Positions 18,342 through 27,380 of a stretch of DNA of 36,433 nt are shown piece after piece. Position 1 is the first letter of the stretch, and every line of letters starts with the position of its first letter. Where the stretch lies: positions 1-36,433 of the forward strand of contig JAKFFP010000264.1 of NCBI GenBank assembly GCA_036675045.1, given 5' to 3'. Both the position numbers and the translations under genes were made by a program. This stretch comes from Bacteriovoracales bacterium. GTDB taxonomy: Bacteria; Bdellovibrionota; Bacteriovoracia; Bacteriovoracales; Bacteriovoracaceae. The notes below the pieces were generated by a model. That model ran no database searches. It was given only the letters and a program-made list of their open reading frames with translations, and was not told the origin of the DNA.

Positions 18342-20444
18342 ATGAGTAGAACGGATTTAATGAAAGTTTTCCTCTCCATTCTATTCTTCATCAGCTCTGT
18401 CAGAGCCTCGACGACGCTCGCGTCTTCAGCTTCGCTGGTACCGGTAGAGAAGATAAATCTTACCCGCGCCGACCACATCATTGGCGAGCACATGGTTAAT
18501 ATGATGAAGCTCACGGAGAAGGGCTACGTGAGCCAGGACGTACTCTCCAAAGTCATTTCTGAGACTAAAAAGTCACCCAACTTTTCCATGTTCATTCCGT
18601 GGCTTGAATCAATTCTCCACATCTCAAAAATCACCGGCCATAAGGATCTGATCACTCACTGCCGGCAATATGTGAGCCGCAAGCAGGAGCTTTCGCTGGA
18701 GCGGGTTCTGGAAAGGGTTGCCGGGAACTATTGCAGAGAGCGTGCTCTTCACGCCATTAATCGTGACATTGAAAAAAACAAACTTATTCCTGAAGAGTCC
18801 TCGCTTTTTATCCAGGAACACCTGAAATTCTTCCTCACGAAAAAGAATCGCAAGGACTTTGCTTTCTTTATTCAATCACAATCATCTCATCCTGAGGTTC
18901 TCAAAAAAATCTCGCAGGATGTGACGAACTATAGTGTTCAGAATCAGATTGTTCCCTCTCACGATGTCCTGAAAGACATCCTGATTAATGAACAGATCAC
19001 AAAACTTATTCAAGAGAAGGGATTTAATCCCCTTCAGCATCAGAACGTTTTCTATGCCGAATACGGAAAACTGATCGAGATGGGCTACCGGGCCATCGAC
19101 AGTAAGCCGACCGAAAATAAAATCAAGGAACATTATAAGTTTCTCAAGAACTACATTGATCTCAATCAGGATCATCTTCCCGTAGGACTTTGCCTCTCCC
19201 GCCTGAATGATTTTGCCAAAGCAGTCTTTCGTTCCGGTTTCAAGGATCTCTCACGCGAAATTTTCAAATTTATCGTGAAAAAGAACAATAAGGAGATTCA
19301 GGAAGATGCTCTTTTCTTCTATCTCTGGACCTGGCTTGCAAATAACGAGTGGAAAGACGGACTGAAGCTAGCCGAAAGTTACAATCTACTGAAGAAGCCC
19401 AAGGACATTAATGATCCTCGTCTCCGCTTCTGGATTGCTTACGCACTCGAGGAAACCGGGAAGAAGAGCGACGCAATTGAGCTTTATGAGCACATCATTC
19501 AGAACAATCCGCTAAGCTACTATGGAATTATGTCCTCCAAAAAAGTCTGGTCGCTCAAGCCGGATTCAAAGCTTGCCAAGTTTTATACTGAAAGGTCTAT
19601 CCGAAGCCCCGCTCTTGATGTCAAAAAGATCGAGCTCGATCAGGATCATCTTGCTTCGCTCATCCGTCTTCGGGTATGGGCCAAAATTGATAATCAAAGA
19701 ATGATGGAGCTTGAACTCAAACGCCTCAATCTGCATAGCATGCCTCTCTACATCGTGAAACACCCTACCGATAAACAGCCTCACGTGAAGTCCGAGCTTC
19801 ATCTCCTGAATGGTAGAATCATCCAGGAATCACAAAACTATCTGGCCACTTTCCGCTATCTTTATCAGGTTCTCGATAAGGGCGAAGTGGTGTTTAACCG
19901 TGAACTGTTAGAAATTCTTTATCCTTCGCCTTTCCTGGGTGATCTCAAGAAGGCCCTGAAAAACGACAAGCTTGATCCGATTATCGTGCTCTCGCTTATC
20001 CGTCAGGAATCCGTCTTTAATCCTCTCGCACGCTCTCCCGTGGGTGCCAGGGGCCTCATGCAGCTCATGCCTACCACGGCCAGGAGAATGAAGAGATCGG
20101 TTCGTGAAAAGCATCTCGCGAATCCCAATATCAATATCGAGCTCGGCACCAAGTACTTCAAGAATCTCCTGAAGCGCTATGATGGAAACCTCGTTTATGT
20201 ACTGGGAGCTTACAACGCCGGTGAATCACGCATTGAGCGCTGGAAAAATCTCTATTTTGATACGGATGAAACGATCCTGAAAAACATTGAGGCCATCCCC
20301 TTCCTCGAGACCAGAAATTACGTGAAGCTCATCTTCCGCAATATCTTCTTCTACAAAATTCTCCTGGAAGGCGAGAAGCAACAACTTGCCGATGCCAAAG
20401 AGGCCAACAAGCTCTTCGACATCCACCTCGGATTTAACAAATAA
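18342..20444 (+). CDS. slt: Soluble lytic murein transglycosylase (helical/TPR region plus SLT domain)
   Basis: IRQESVF, SPVGARGLMQLMP, AYNAG, IPFLETRNYV; extended -10 TGtTATAAT at 18311-18319. Confidence 0.9.
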   Translation: MSRTDLMKVFLSILFFISSVRASTTLASSASLVPVEKINLTRADHIIGEHMVNMMKLTEKGYVSQDVLSKVISETKKSPNFSMFIPWLESILHISKITGHKDLITHCRQYVSRKQELSLERVLERVAGNYCRERALHAINRDIEKNKLIPEESSLFIQEHLKFFLTKKNRKDFAFFIQSQSSHPEVLKKISQDVTNYSVQNQIVPSHDVLKDILINEQITKLIQEKGFNPLQHQNVFYAEYGKLIEMGYRAIDSKPTENKIKEHYKFLKNYIDLNQDHLPVGLCLSRLNDFAKAVFRSGFKDLSREIFKFIVKKNNKEIQEDALFFYLWTWLANNEWKDGLKLAESYNLLKKPKDINDPRLRFWIAYALEETGKKSDAIELYEHIIQNNPLSYYGIMSSKKVWSLKPDSKLAKFYTERSIRSPALDVKKIELDQDHLASLIRLRVWAKIDNQRMMELELKRLNLHSMPLYIVKHPTDKQPHVKSELHLLNGRIIQESQNYLATFRYLYQVLDKGEVVFNRELLEILYPSPFLGDLKKALKNDKLDPIIVLSLIRQESVFNPLARSPVGARGLMQLMPTTARRMKRSVREKHLANPNINIELGTKYFKNLLKRYDGNLVYVLGAYNAGESRIERWKNLYFDTDETILKNIEAIPFLETRNYVKLIFRNIFFYKILLEGEKQQLADAKEANKLFDIHLGFNK

Positions 20445-20475
20445 GTATTTCCACAAAATTTACGATTGGAACTTG

Positions 20476-20600
20476 GTGATTTTGGCCAAAACGTTTCAGA
20501 TTCCAGGAGCTGAAGCTCGAGGATTGAGGCGTACGTAAAGTACGCCGCAATGACGAGAGTTGATAGGACGACGAAGATGGAATGTTTTCGGCTAAATCAC
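20476..20600. repeat. ~125-bp imperfect palindromic element (MITE/REP-like)
   Basis: Imperfect terminal IRs (GTGATTTtggccAAAAC... vs ...GTTTTcggctAAATCAC); nested CTCG/CGAG and ATTG/CAAT; core GGCGTAC-GTAAA-GTACGCC. Confidence 0.65.
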
Positions 20601-21706
20601 ACGTTGAATTTAAAGTGGATCACGTCACCGTCTTTCACTTCGTATTCCTTGCCTTCCATGCGGAACTTCCCGGCTTCTTTAACTTTGCCTTCTGAGCCGA
20701 GAGCGAAGAGATCATTACAGTGATAAACTTCCGCCTTGATGAATCCACGCTCGAAATCGGTATGAATTACGCCGGCGGCCTGAGGAGCTTTCGCACCTTT
20801 CGGAAAAGTCCAGGCACGGACTTCTTTTACGCCCGCAGTGAAGTAAGTGTACATGTCGAGCATCTTGTAACCTTCACGAATCATTTTCGTGAGACCTGAT
20901 TCTTCGATGCCGATATCTTTCAGAAACTCAGCTTTTTCTTCAGCTGTCTCAAGGGCCGCGATTTCGGATTCGATCTTTCCGCAAATCGTGATGACATTAG
21001 CACCCTCTTTCGCAGCGATCTCTCTTACTTTCTTAACGTGCTCATTTTCAGACTTAACATTGGCCTCATCTACGTTACAAACGTAGAGCATCTTTTTCAT
21101 GGTGATGAGGTGAAGATCTGAGACGGCCTCGATTTCATCTGCGTCCAGCGGAAGTGAGCGGGCCGGTAATCCCTCTTCAAGAGTTTTCACCAGGCGCTCA
21201 AGAATCGGCTTAGAAATCTTCGCCTTCTCCTGAATTTTCTTGTCCTGTGACTTGAGATATTTATCGAGGGTTTGAATCCTTTTTGTAACGGATTCAAGGT
21301 CGGCCAGAGCGAGCTCGATGTTGATGACTTCGATGTCTGATACCGGATCTACTTTCCCGGCGACGTGAATGATGTCGTTATCTTCAAAACAACGGACTAC
21401 GTGGCAGATCGCTCCCACCTGGCGGATGTGACCGAGAAACTGGTTACCAAGGCCCTCACCTTTGGAAGCACCTTTCACGAGACCGGCGATATCCACGAAC
21501 TCCGTAATGGCCGGGATGATTTTTTCCGGGCCCACGATTTTCGCGATTTTCTGGAGTCGATCATCTGGAACGTGAACCACCCCAACGTTCGGTTCGATGG
21601 TACAGAATGGATAGTTAGCAGCTTCCGCCGGAGCCGACGTGAGTGCCGAGAAAATTGTCGACTTACCAACATTCGGTAAACCAACGATTCCACAATTCAT
21701 ACCCAT
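20597..21706 (-). CDS. ychF: Ribosome-binding ATPase YchF
   Basis: GIVGLPNVGKST, ANYPFCTIEPN, DIAGLV, HTDFERGFI. Confidence 0.97.
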   Translation of the reverse strand: MGMNCGIVGLPNVGKSTIFSALTSAPAEAANYPFCTIEPNVGVVHVPDDRLQKIAKIVGPEKIIPAITEFVDIAGLVKGASKGEGLGNQFLGHIRQVGAICHVVRCFEDNDIIHVAGKVDPVSDIEVINIELALADLESVTKRIQTLDKYLKSQDKKIQEKAKISKPILERLVKTLEEGLPARSLPLDADEIEAVSDLHLITMKKMLYVCNVDEANVKSENEHVKKVREIAAKEGANVITICGKIESEIAALETAEEKAEFLKDIGIEESGLTKMIREGYKMLDMYTYFTAGVKEVRAWTFPKGAKAPQAAGVIHTDFERGFIKAEVYHCNDLFALGSEGKVKEAGKFRMEGKEYEVKDGDVIHFKFNV

Positions 21707-21715
21707 AGAGACCTC

Positions 21716-22285
21716 TTACGCTAAAAGATTTTTCTTATTATAAATTCCGACTTTGCTCACACCATCTACCACAGCGGTAAGCATCGGGTCATTCAGTTTT
21801 TCCAAAAGAAGCGGCAATTGTACCTGTTCTTCCTTCGAAAAGGGACTCAAAACCCATCCGGAGACATTCCCATGAGGAGGTCTTCCAATTCCCACTCTCA
21901 TACGCCCGAAATTTTCAGTACCTAGGCAGGCGGCAATGGATTTCAGTCCATTATGTCCGGCAAGTCCGCCACCCATTTTAAAGTGAACTTGTCCGAAAGG
22001 AATATCGAGTTCATCGTGAATAACGAGGATCTGTTCAGGAGGAATCTTAAAAAATGCGGCCATCGGTTGCACGGACTCTCCGGAAAGATTCATGAAAGTC
22101 TGTGGCATGAGACCATAGAATTTCAGGCCCTGATGAGAAGCTTACGCATACAGACCTTTAAACTTTGATTTCCAGTTGGAGTTACGAAATGAAGGAGAAG
22201 ATTCGAGCAGCATCCAAGCAATGTTGTGTCTCGTTTGAGCGTATTCGGAACCTGGATTGCCGACGCCTACAACGAGCTGAAACAC
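21716..22285 (-). pseudogene. pth: Peptidyl-tRNA hydrolase interrupted by in-frame TAA at 22142-22144 (codon 48)
   Basis: From GTG 22285: [24 protein letters not shown]...[28 protein letters not shown]...HDELD...GHNGLKS...RMRVGIGRP, all in one frame. Confidence 0.88.
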
Positions 22286-22286
22286 G

Positions 22287-23234
22287 CTAGATGAAAAGCG
22301 AGCTTACCGAATCATGATTGAATGTCCGGTGAATCGCTTTTGCCAGGATGTCTGCTACTGTGACGACTTTGATCTTCTCGAGTTTTCTACCGGCTTCTGA
22401 GAGAGGAATGGTATCAGTCACGATCACGGCCTCAAGTTCTTCGCACTCAGCGATACGCTGGATTGCGGGATCAGAGAAAACCGGATGTGTGGCAGCAGCG
22501 TAGATTTTCTTGGCACCGTTTTTCCGGAGAGCTTTTGCCGCCTGAACAAGAGTCCCGGCAGTATCGATCATGTCGTCGATGATAATACAGTCTTTACCTG
22601 CAACGTCTCCGATCACGTTCATGGCTTCGGCGACGTTCGGACCAGTTCTGCGTTTATCAATGAGTGCGAGGTCAGCGTTCATTCTCTTGGCGTAGTAACG
22701 AACGCGCTCAACACCACCGGCATCCGGAGAAACAGTAATCAGGTTTTTCGGATCGAGATTTTTCTGGACCCATTCCAGAAGAACGGGTGAAGCAAAAATA
22801 TTATCGAAAGGAATATTGAAGAAGCCCTGGATCTGACCAGCGTGAAGATCCATGGTCACTACCCGAGTTGCGCCCGCAACGGTGATCATGTCGGCCACGA
22901 GTTTTGCCGTGATCGGAGTTCTTGGTGAGCTCTTACGATCCTGACGTGAATATCCGTAATGAGGAACCACGGCCGTAATAGAATTTGCTGATGCGCGTTT
23001 CAGAGCATCCACAATGATGAGGAGCTCCATAAGACTTTCGTTGACCGGAGTACAGGTCGACTGGATCACAAAAACATCAGCACCGCGGACGTTTTTTTCG
23101 ATCTCACAGTAGATCTCACCGTTGGCAAATCTTCTCAGCTGAGGATTAACAAGGGGAACATCTAGAAATTCGGAAATCTTCTTCGAGAGGTGGGGGTTGG
23201 AGGTACCAGAGACTAGGACTATTCGTCTCATCAC
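22287..23234 (-). CDS. prs: Ribose-phosphate pyrophosphokinase
   Basis: [29 protein letters not shown]. Confidence 0.97.
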   Translation of the reverse strand: MMRRIVLVSGTSNPHLSKKISEFLDVPLVNPQLRRFANGEIYCEIEKNVRGADVFVIQSTCTPVNESLMELLIIVDALKRASANSITAVVPHYGYSRQDRKSSPRTPITAKLVADMITVAGATRVVTMDLHAGQIQGFFNIPFDNIFASPVLLEWVQKNLDPKNLITVSPDAGGVERVRYYAKRMNADLALIDKRRTGPNVAEAMNVIGDVAGKDCIIIDDMIDTAGTLVQAAKALRKNGAKKIYAAATHPVFSDPAIQRIAECEELEAVIVTDTIPLSEAGRKLEKIKVVTVADILAKAIHRTFNHDSVSSLFI

Positions 23235-23253
23235 TCAGAATCTCCTTAGAAGG

Positions 23254-23328
23254 TGGTAGGGGTGCCAGGGTTCGAACCTGGGCATGGCAGAATCAAAATC
23301 TGCTGACTTACCACTTGTCGACACCCCT
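23254..23328 (-). tRNA. tRNA-Gln (anticodon TTG)
   Basis: Cloverleaf: AGGGGTG/CACCCCT acceptor, GCAGA-TTTTGAT-TCTGC anticodon arm, GGTTCGAACC T-arm, encoded CCA; canonical position upstream of prs. Confidence 0.96.
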
Positions 23329-23351
23329 ACAGATACTTTTTCGTTCAAAGA

Positions 23352-23380
23352 AATATAGATTAGTTCATCATCTTTAGCAA
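23352..23380 (-). promoter_or_regulatory. sigma70-like promoter TTGCTA-N17-TATATT for the tRNA-Gln/prs operon
   Basis: 17-nt spacer; 23 nt upstream of the tRNA. Confidence 0.55.
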
Positions 23381-23421
23381 GACATCCGCAAGGAGAACCC
23401 TCCCTTTTTTGTGAGGAAAAA

Positions 23422-23450
23422 TGGACACATCAGAAGGGATTTCTTATAGT
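23422..23450 (+). promoter_or_regulatory. sigma70-like promoter TGGACA-N17-TATAGT
   Basis: 17-nt spacer, upstream of the porin-like gene. Confidence 0.5.
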
Positions 23451-23490
23451 TTTGATAAACAATTTCCAACGTCATCCACAGGGAGTCCTC

Positions 23491-24996
23491 GTGACCGCAA
23501 AAAGGTTTCCATACGTTATTATTGCTCTGGTTTCTGCACTGAGCATCAATTCGGCCTTGGCCCTTCCTATCGACTGGACCGGTGTTTTCGGGGTCGATAC
23601 TCACCTTTTGAATAATGTCTGCCGGACCAAGGATGATATTCCGGCCAAATTCGATAATCTTGGGAACCGAATCACAGCTACTGAAGGTACTCAGGGCATT
23701 GATGGTGACTGCGGGGCCACTTTCCAAACGTATATCTTCAAGCTGAACCCACAGATTATCGTCAACGATGGGGTCACTCTGAAAGGTGAATTCTCATCGG
23801 GCTACATCCGCGGCGGATTCGCTGGTGATGAAGCAACCAATGGTCAGAATGGTACCGGCGGATCTTATTTCTTTGCTTCACAGGCTCAGCGCTCAGGTCT
23901 GAACGTAAACCAGATGTACATGGAGCTCTACGCCGATACCGCTCTTATCCGTATTGGCCGAATGGCGAGAAATTATGGGATGGGAATTGTCTTCGATGGT
24001 GGGAATGATCCATGGGATCGCTTCTTCACTATGTACGATGGGATCGACGCTGAAATGAAGATCGGTAACTTCAGCGTGACTCCGTATTACGCAAAAATTT
24101 CTACTTATGATGATGGGGCAGTAAGCGGAAGACCGGCCGGCGCTCGTCCAGCCGGTGGATGGGATGTACGCGAAACGGGTATTTCGGCCAAGTATGACAA
24201 CAAAGCTCGTGATCTCGTTGTCAGTGTGCTCTATGGAAAGAGATTCTCGGAAGCAAAGAATTCACTTTATAACAATAATTCCCCTACTACAGATGATACT
24301 CGCCCGATCGGAAAAACCGAAGTGACCGTGATCGAGCCCTACGTTTCCAAGAAATGGAATAAGTTCAAGGTTGCTGCAGAAGCATCTCTTCAGTCAGGCG
24401 ATTACGGAGACATCTATGGAAATGGAGAAAGCTCACGCCTGGCCGCCAACGCTTACATCGCGGAACTTAAATATGATCTCAATCCGAAATGGGACGTGGG
24501 CGCGACAGTCGGACAGGTTGACGGTGACAAGGGTGATTCAAACAAATTCGAAGCACTCTACCTCCATCCCAACTATCACGTAGCAGATCTCATGTTCCGT
24601 TATAGCTACCCGGCGTTTAATGAAGGCGGAAAATCTGTTTTTGATTCTTCCATTACTAACGCCCGCTTCTGGAAAATTTACGGAAATTATAAGACTGACA
24701 AATGGACCTGGAAGGGTGCTTTCGTCATGGCCAATGCCATGGAGACAGCGAAAGCTGGATCGCGCGGTTATCACCATGAAGAAAATTATTCATTCGATTC
24801 AACTCAAAAGCAAAAAGATGATTATGGATACGAAGTTGATTTCGGCTTTGATTACCGCTGGAATCCCAATGTCGTGATCAGCGGCTACTATGGATACTGG
24901 GTCGTGGGTGATTACTATGCATTCTCAAACGACGCTGAAGAAATTGATGTGCAGAACGTCCACGGCGGTGGTCTCAGAGCAACTCTCGAATTCTAA
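23491..24996 (+). CDS. Large outer-membrane beta-barrel (porin/alginate-export-like)
   Basis: RBS AGGGAG plus GTG; signal peptide ending ALA; aromatic-rich beta-strands; C-terminal ...RATLEF. Confidence 0.75.
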   Translation: MTAKRFPYVIIALVSALSINSALALPIDWTGVFGVDTHLLNNVCRTKDDIPAKFDNLGNRITATEGTQGIDGDCGATFQTYIFKLNPQIIVNDGVTLKGEFSSGYIRGGFAGDEATNGQNGTGGSYFFASQAQRSGLNVNQMYMELYADTALIRIGRMARNYGMGIVFDGGNDPWDRFFTMYDGIDAEMKIGNFSVTPYYAKISTYDDGAVSGRPAGARPAGGWDVRETGISAKYDNKARDLVVSVLYGKRFSEAKNSLYNNNSPTTDDTRPIGKTEVTVIEPYVSKKWNKFKVAAEASLQSGDYGDIYGNGESSRLAANAYIAELKYDLNPKWDVGATVGQVDGDKGDSNKFEALYLHPNYHVADLMFRYSYPAFNEGGKSVFDSSITNARFWKIYGNYKTDKWTWKGAFVMANAMETAKAGSRGYHHEENYSFDSTQKQKDDYGYEVDFGFDYRWNPNVVISGYYGYWVVGDYYAFSNDAEEIDVQNVHGGGLRATLEF

Positions 24997-25000
24997 GTAC

Positions 25001-25035
25001 AAAAAAAAAGCCCCTCTTTCGAGGGGCTTTTTTTT
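25001..25035. terminator. Bidirectional terminator
   Basis: A9-GCCCCTC-TTTC-GAGGGGC-T8. Confidence 0.92.
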
Positions 25036-25042
25036 AATCTTC

Positions 25043-27313
25043 TTATCTTCCGTACAAATTTGGATAATTGTAACCCTGGCTCATCCAGGCCGGTTGTTGT
25101 CCCATGCCCATGCCCATTCCCATCCCCATACCAGGCTGCTGCATATAAGGTGACTGCGCGTACATCTGACCGTAAGGCGAATTCATCATTGGATTTTGTC
25201 CGAACATCGGCTGCTGACCGAACATAGTTTGCTGCTGACCAAACTGCTGGGCGAACATCTGTTGTCCGCCCATCATCTGGTTGCCATACATCGGCTGCTG
25301 TTGTCCCATACCAAACCAGTTCATGCCCACCTGACCATACTGCGGCTGTTGTTGACCCATAAAATTCTGGCCCATGGTTCCCTGATAACCAAAACCCGCC
25401 TGGAATCCGGCCTGGCCCATCATGTTTTGATTCTGACCATACATATTGGCAAATGGATTCTGCGGCATATTCATCATCGTCTGGTTACCGTAAGGCTGAG
25501 TCTGATTCATCATCCACGGAGGAAGCATGGATTGCTGTCCACCAGGTTGTCCTGGCACCTGGCCGCCGGCATCTGCCGTTCTCGGAGGAACCACTGTTGT
25601 GTCAGCTGGAGTTGCTGCCGGCACTTCTTCGCCATTCTGACGGGCCACGTATTGGCGGCCTTCGGCCTCAAGAGTTGCGTACTGAGAAGCCTTCGCTGCG
25701 AATTCCTGAGAGCGCTCGAGATCAATCTGGTTGTACTGGCGAAGAGCATTCTGGAGTTCCTGAATTCTCTGCATGGAATCCTGGATACATTTCTGGGTAT
25801 TCCGGAAATATCTATAGCAGTATCCGCCTGGCTGAACGCGGGCGTATTCGCTTTGAATTTCCTGAGTATAGTTCTGGGTACGGCGCTCGATGTTCCGGTT
25901 CATGGCGTTCGCAAGATCAGTATAAGACTGTGCCATTCCGGTGGTAACACCGGTACGGATGTCGTAGTTCTCGCGAGCTGTGACAATTTTGTTGGCGAGT
26001 TCGCCGCGAGCATTGGCGATTCTGATACGAGCAGCATCCGGAGTAACTGTCACACCGCTTACTGTTGTCCCGACCTTCGCGCCTTCAGCGACTGCGATTC
26101 GAATTCCTTCCATTTTCTCAGCGTCAGCAAACATTCCCTTAGCGAGAAGCTTATCAACGTGAACTTTCTGGAAGTAGGGAGCTTTTCCGAGAGCAAGGAG
26201 CTCGTTACGAAGAGTTTGAAGCCTTGTTCTTCCGGCCGCCAGTTCAGTGCCTTCCAGATTTGAGAGCGCATTGAATTGATCAGCAACTTGCTGCCGTTTT
26301 GGTTCAACGATGAAGCGATCAAAGTCAGCAATGACTTTTAGATCGTCTTCTGTGAGGTCCTTGTTTTCGGCAATTTTTTTCGCCGTTGCTTCAGCGGCCT
26401 GAAGGATCAGACTGTCTCTGATCGCACCAAGGTCACCTTCATAGTTATTGCGTTCGATGAAGTCTACGAGGCGTTGGTATTCATTTGGCTGACAGTTTCT
26501 GAGAGTATCAGCTTCAGAGGCAAGGCGGTTTCTTTCGAGATCTGTTGAAGAATAAACCATTCCGATAGTGGGATGGATCTTCTCATACACGTCACAACCG
26601 TTTACGCGCTCAAGACCGAAACGTGGATCGATCTGTGATGAGACCGGACCATGAGAAAGGAAAGCGAGCTTTCCTGTTTCATCGATTCCGGAGAATGTCT
26701 GACTCACTGGTTGTTTATAGATAGCAGCTTCATTGATCCTGCCATCAGCACCAACAACACCCGACACTTCAAGACACTTCTGGAAGCCCTGGATGTCGTT
26801 ACTGAAAGGTTTCTTTTCGAAAACCGGAAGGCCATCGGCTCCGATTTTAGTAACGGTAAAACATTTTTTATCACCGGCATCAGTCACTTCCGCCGGACAA
26901 GATTCGCCGTCTTTGAAATTAACTTCTACCGCGTATACTTTTCCACCATCGATTTCATTCTCACGAACATTCCACTCGAGCATTGAATTACAGTTACCAA
27001 TCATCTTCGCCGGCGAAGACACTGTCAGTGTTCCAGACGATGGTTGCGAGTCGATATTTAATTGAGCGTCTTTTTGAAGAATGAGACCAGTGAGATATTT
27101 CAAAGGGAGGGATGCTTGTCTGCTTTCATTACACTCAGAATTTGTTTCTGATGGTCGGATCGTAGGTGAAGAAACTCCGGTGGGTGATTTAGCAACTTCT
27201 ACTCCCGGCTCCGTTGGTAGACTCGATTGATGTCTCTCAAGAGAAGATAAAAGTCCTTGCGCGTGAGCTGAAACAGCAAACATCGACAGCACAAGTAATG
27301 GGAAAATTTTCAT
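25043..27313 (-). CDS. Large secreted hypothetical protein with Gln/Met/Gly-rich C-terminal tail
   Basis: RBS GAGGA; signal peptide MKIFPLLVLSMFAVSAHA; Cys-containing N-domain, helical middle, low-complexity tail. Confidence 0.8.
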   Translation of the reverse strand: MKIFPLLVLSMFAVSAHAQGLLSSLERHQSSLPTEPGVEVAKSPTGVSSPTIRPSETNSECNESRQASLPLKYLTGLILQKDAQLNIDSQPSSGTLTVSSPAKMIGNCNSMLEWNVRENEIDGGKVYAVEVNFKDGESCPAEVTDAGDKKCFTVTKIGADGLPVFEKKPFSNDIQGFQKCLEVSGVVGADGRINEAAIYKQPVSQTFSGIDETGKLAFLSHGPVSSQIDPRFGLERVNGCDVYEKIHPTIGMVYSSTDLERNRLASEADTLRNCQPNEYQRLVDFIERNNYEGDLGAIRDSLILQAAEATAKKIAENKDLTEDDLKVIADFDRFIVEPKRQQVADQFNALSNLEGTELAAGRTRLQTLRNELLALGKAPYFQKVHVDKLLAKGMFADAEKMEGIRIAVAEGAKVGTTVSGVTVTPDAARIRIANARGELANKIVTARENYDIRTGVTTGMAQSYTDLANAMNRNIERRTQNYTQEIQSEYARVQPGGYCYRYFRNTQKCIQDSMQRIQELQNALRQYNQIDLERSQEFAAKASQYATLEAEGRQYVARQNGEEVPAATPADTTVVPPRTADAGGQVPGQPGGQQSMLPPWMMNQTQPYGNQTMMNMPQNPFANMYGQNQNMMGQAGFQAGFGYQGTMGQNFMGQQQPQYGQVGMNWFGMGQQQPMYGNQMMGGQQMFAQQFGQQQTMFGQQPMFGQNPMMNSPYGQMYAQSPYMQQPGMGMGMGMGMGQQPAWMSQGYNYPNLYGR

Positions 27314-27348
27314 AATCATCCTCAAACAAAGGTTCACACTTCACTTTC

Positions 27349-27376
27349 GATTCGGAGTAAATGTATGAAAACTTTA
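27349..27376 (-). promoter_or_regulatory. Putative sigma28/FliA promoter TAAA-N16-TCCGAATC
   Basis: TAAAGTTT -35 element and CCGA core in the intergenic gap after priA. Confidence 0.5.
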
Positions 27377-27380
27377 GAAA

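Noticed and set aside
2881-22285. Alternative genetic code or pyrrolysine as the explanation for the in-frame stops
   Set aside because: The two stops differ (TAG, TAA), and both codons end conserved genes at normal lengths here (prs, acyl-CoA dehydrogenase and rpe end in TAG; etfA and fmt in TAA). No suppressor tRNA or pyl genes are in the window.
23254-23450. tRNA as integration site of an island
   Set aside because: No integrase and no repeat of the tRNA 3' end noticed; prs follows directly
25100-25400. Short tandem repeats (ccatgc and ctgctg units) as CRISPR or VNTR
   Set aside because: They encode the Gly-Met and Gln runs; no constant repeat-spacer structure
25196-26263. 355-aa plus-strand ORF
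   Set aside because: Antisense shadow of the 25043..27313 gene; His/Leu-rich mirror of Met/Gln codons, with no RBS or motif
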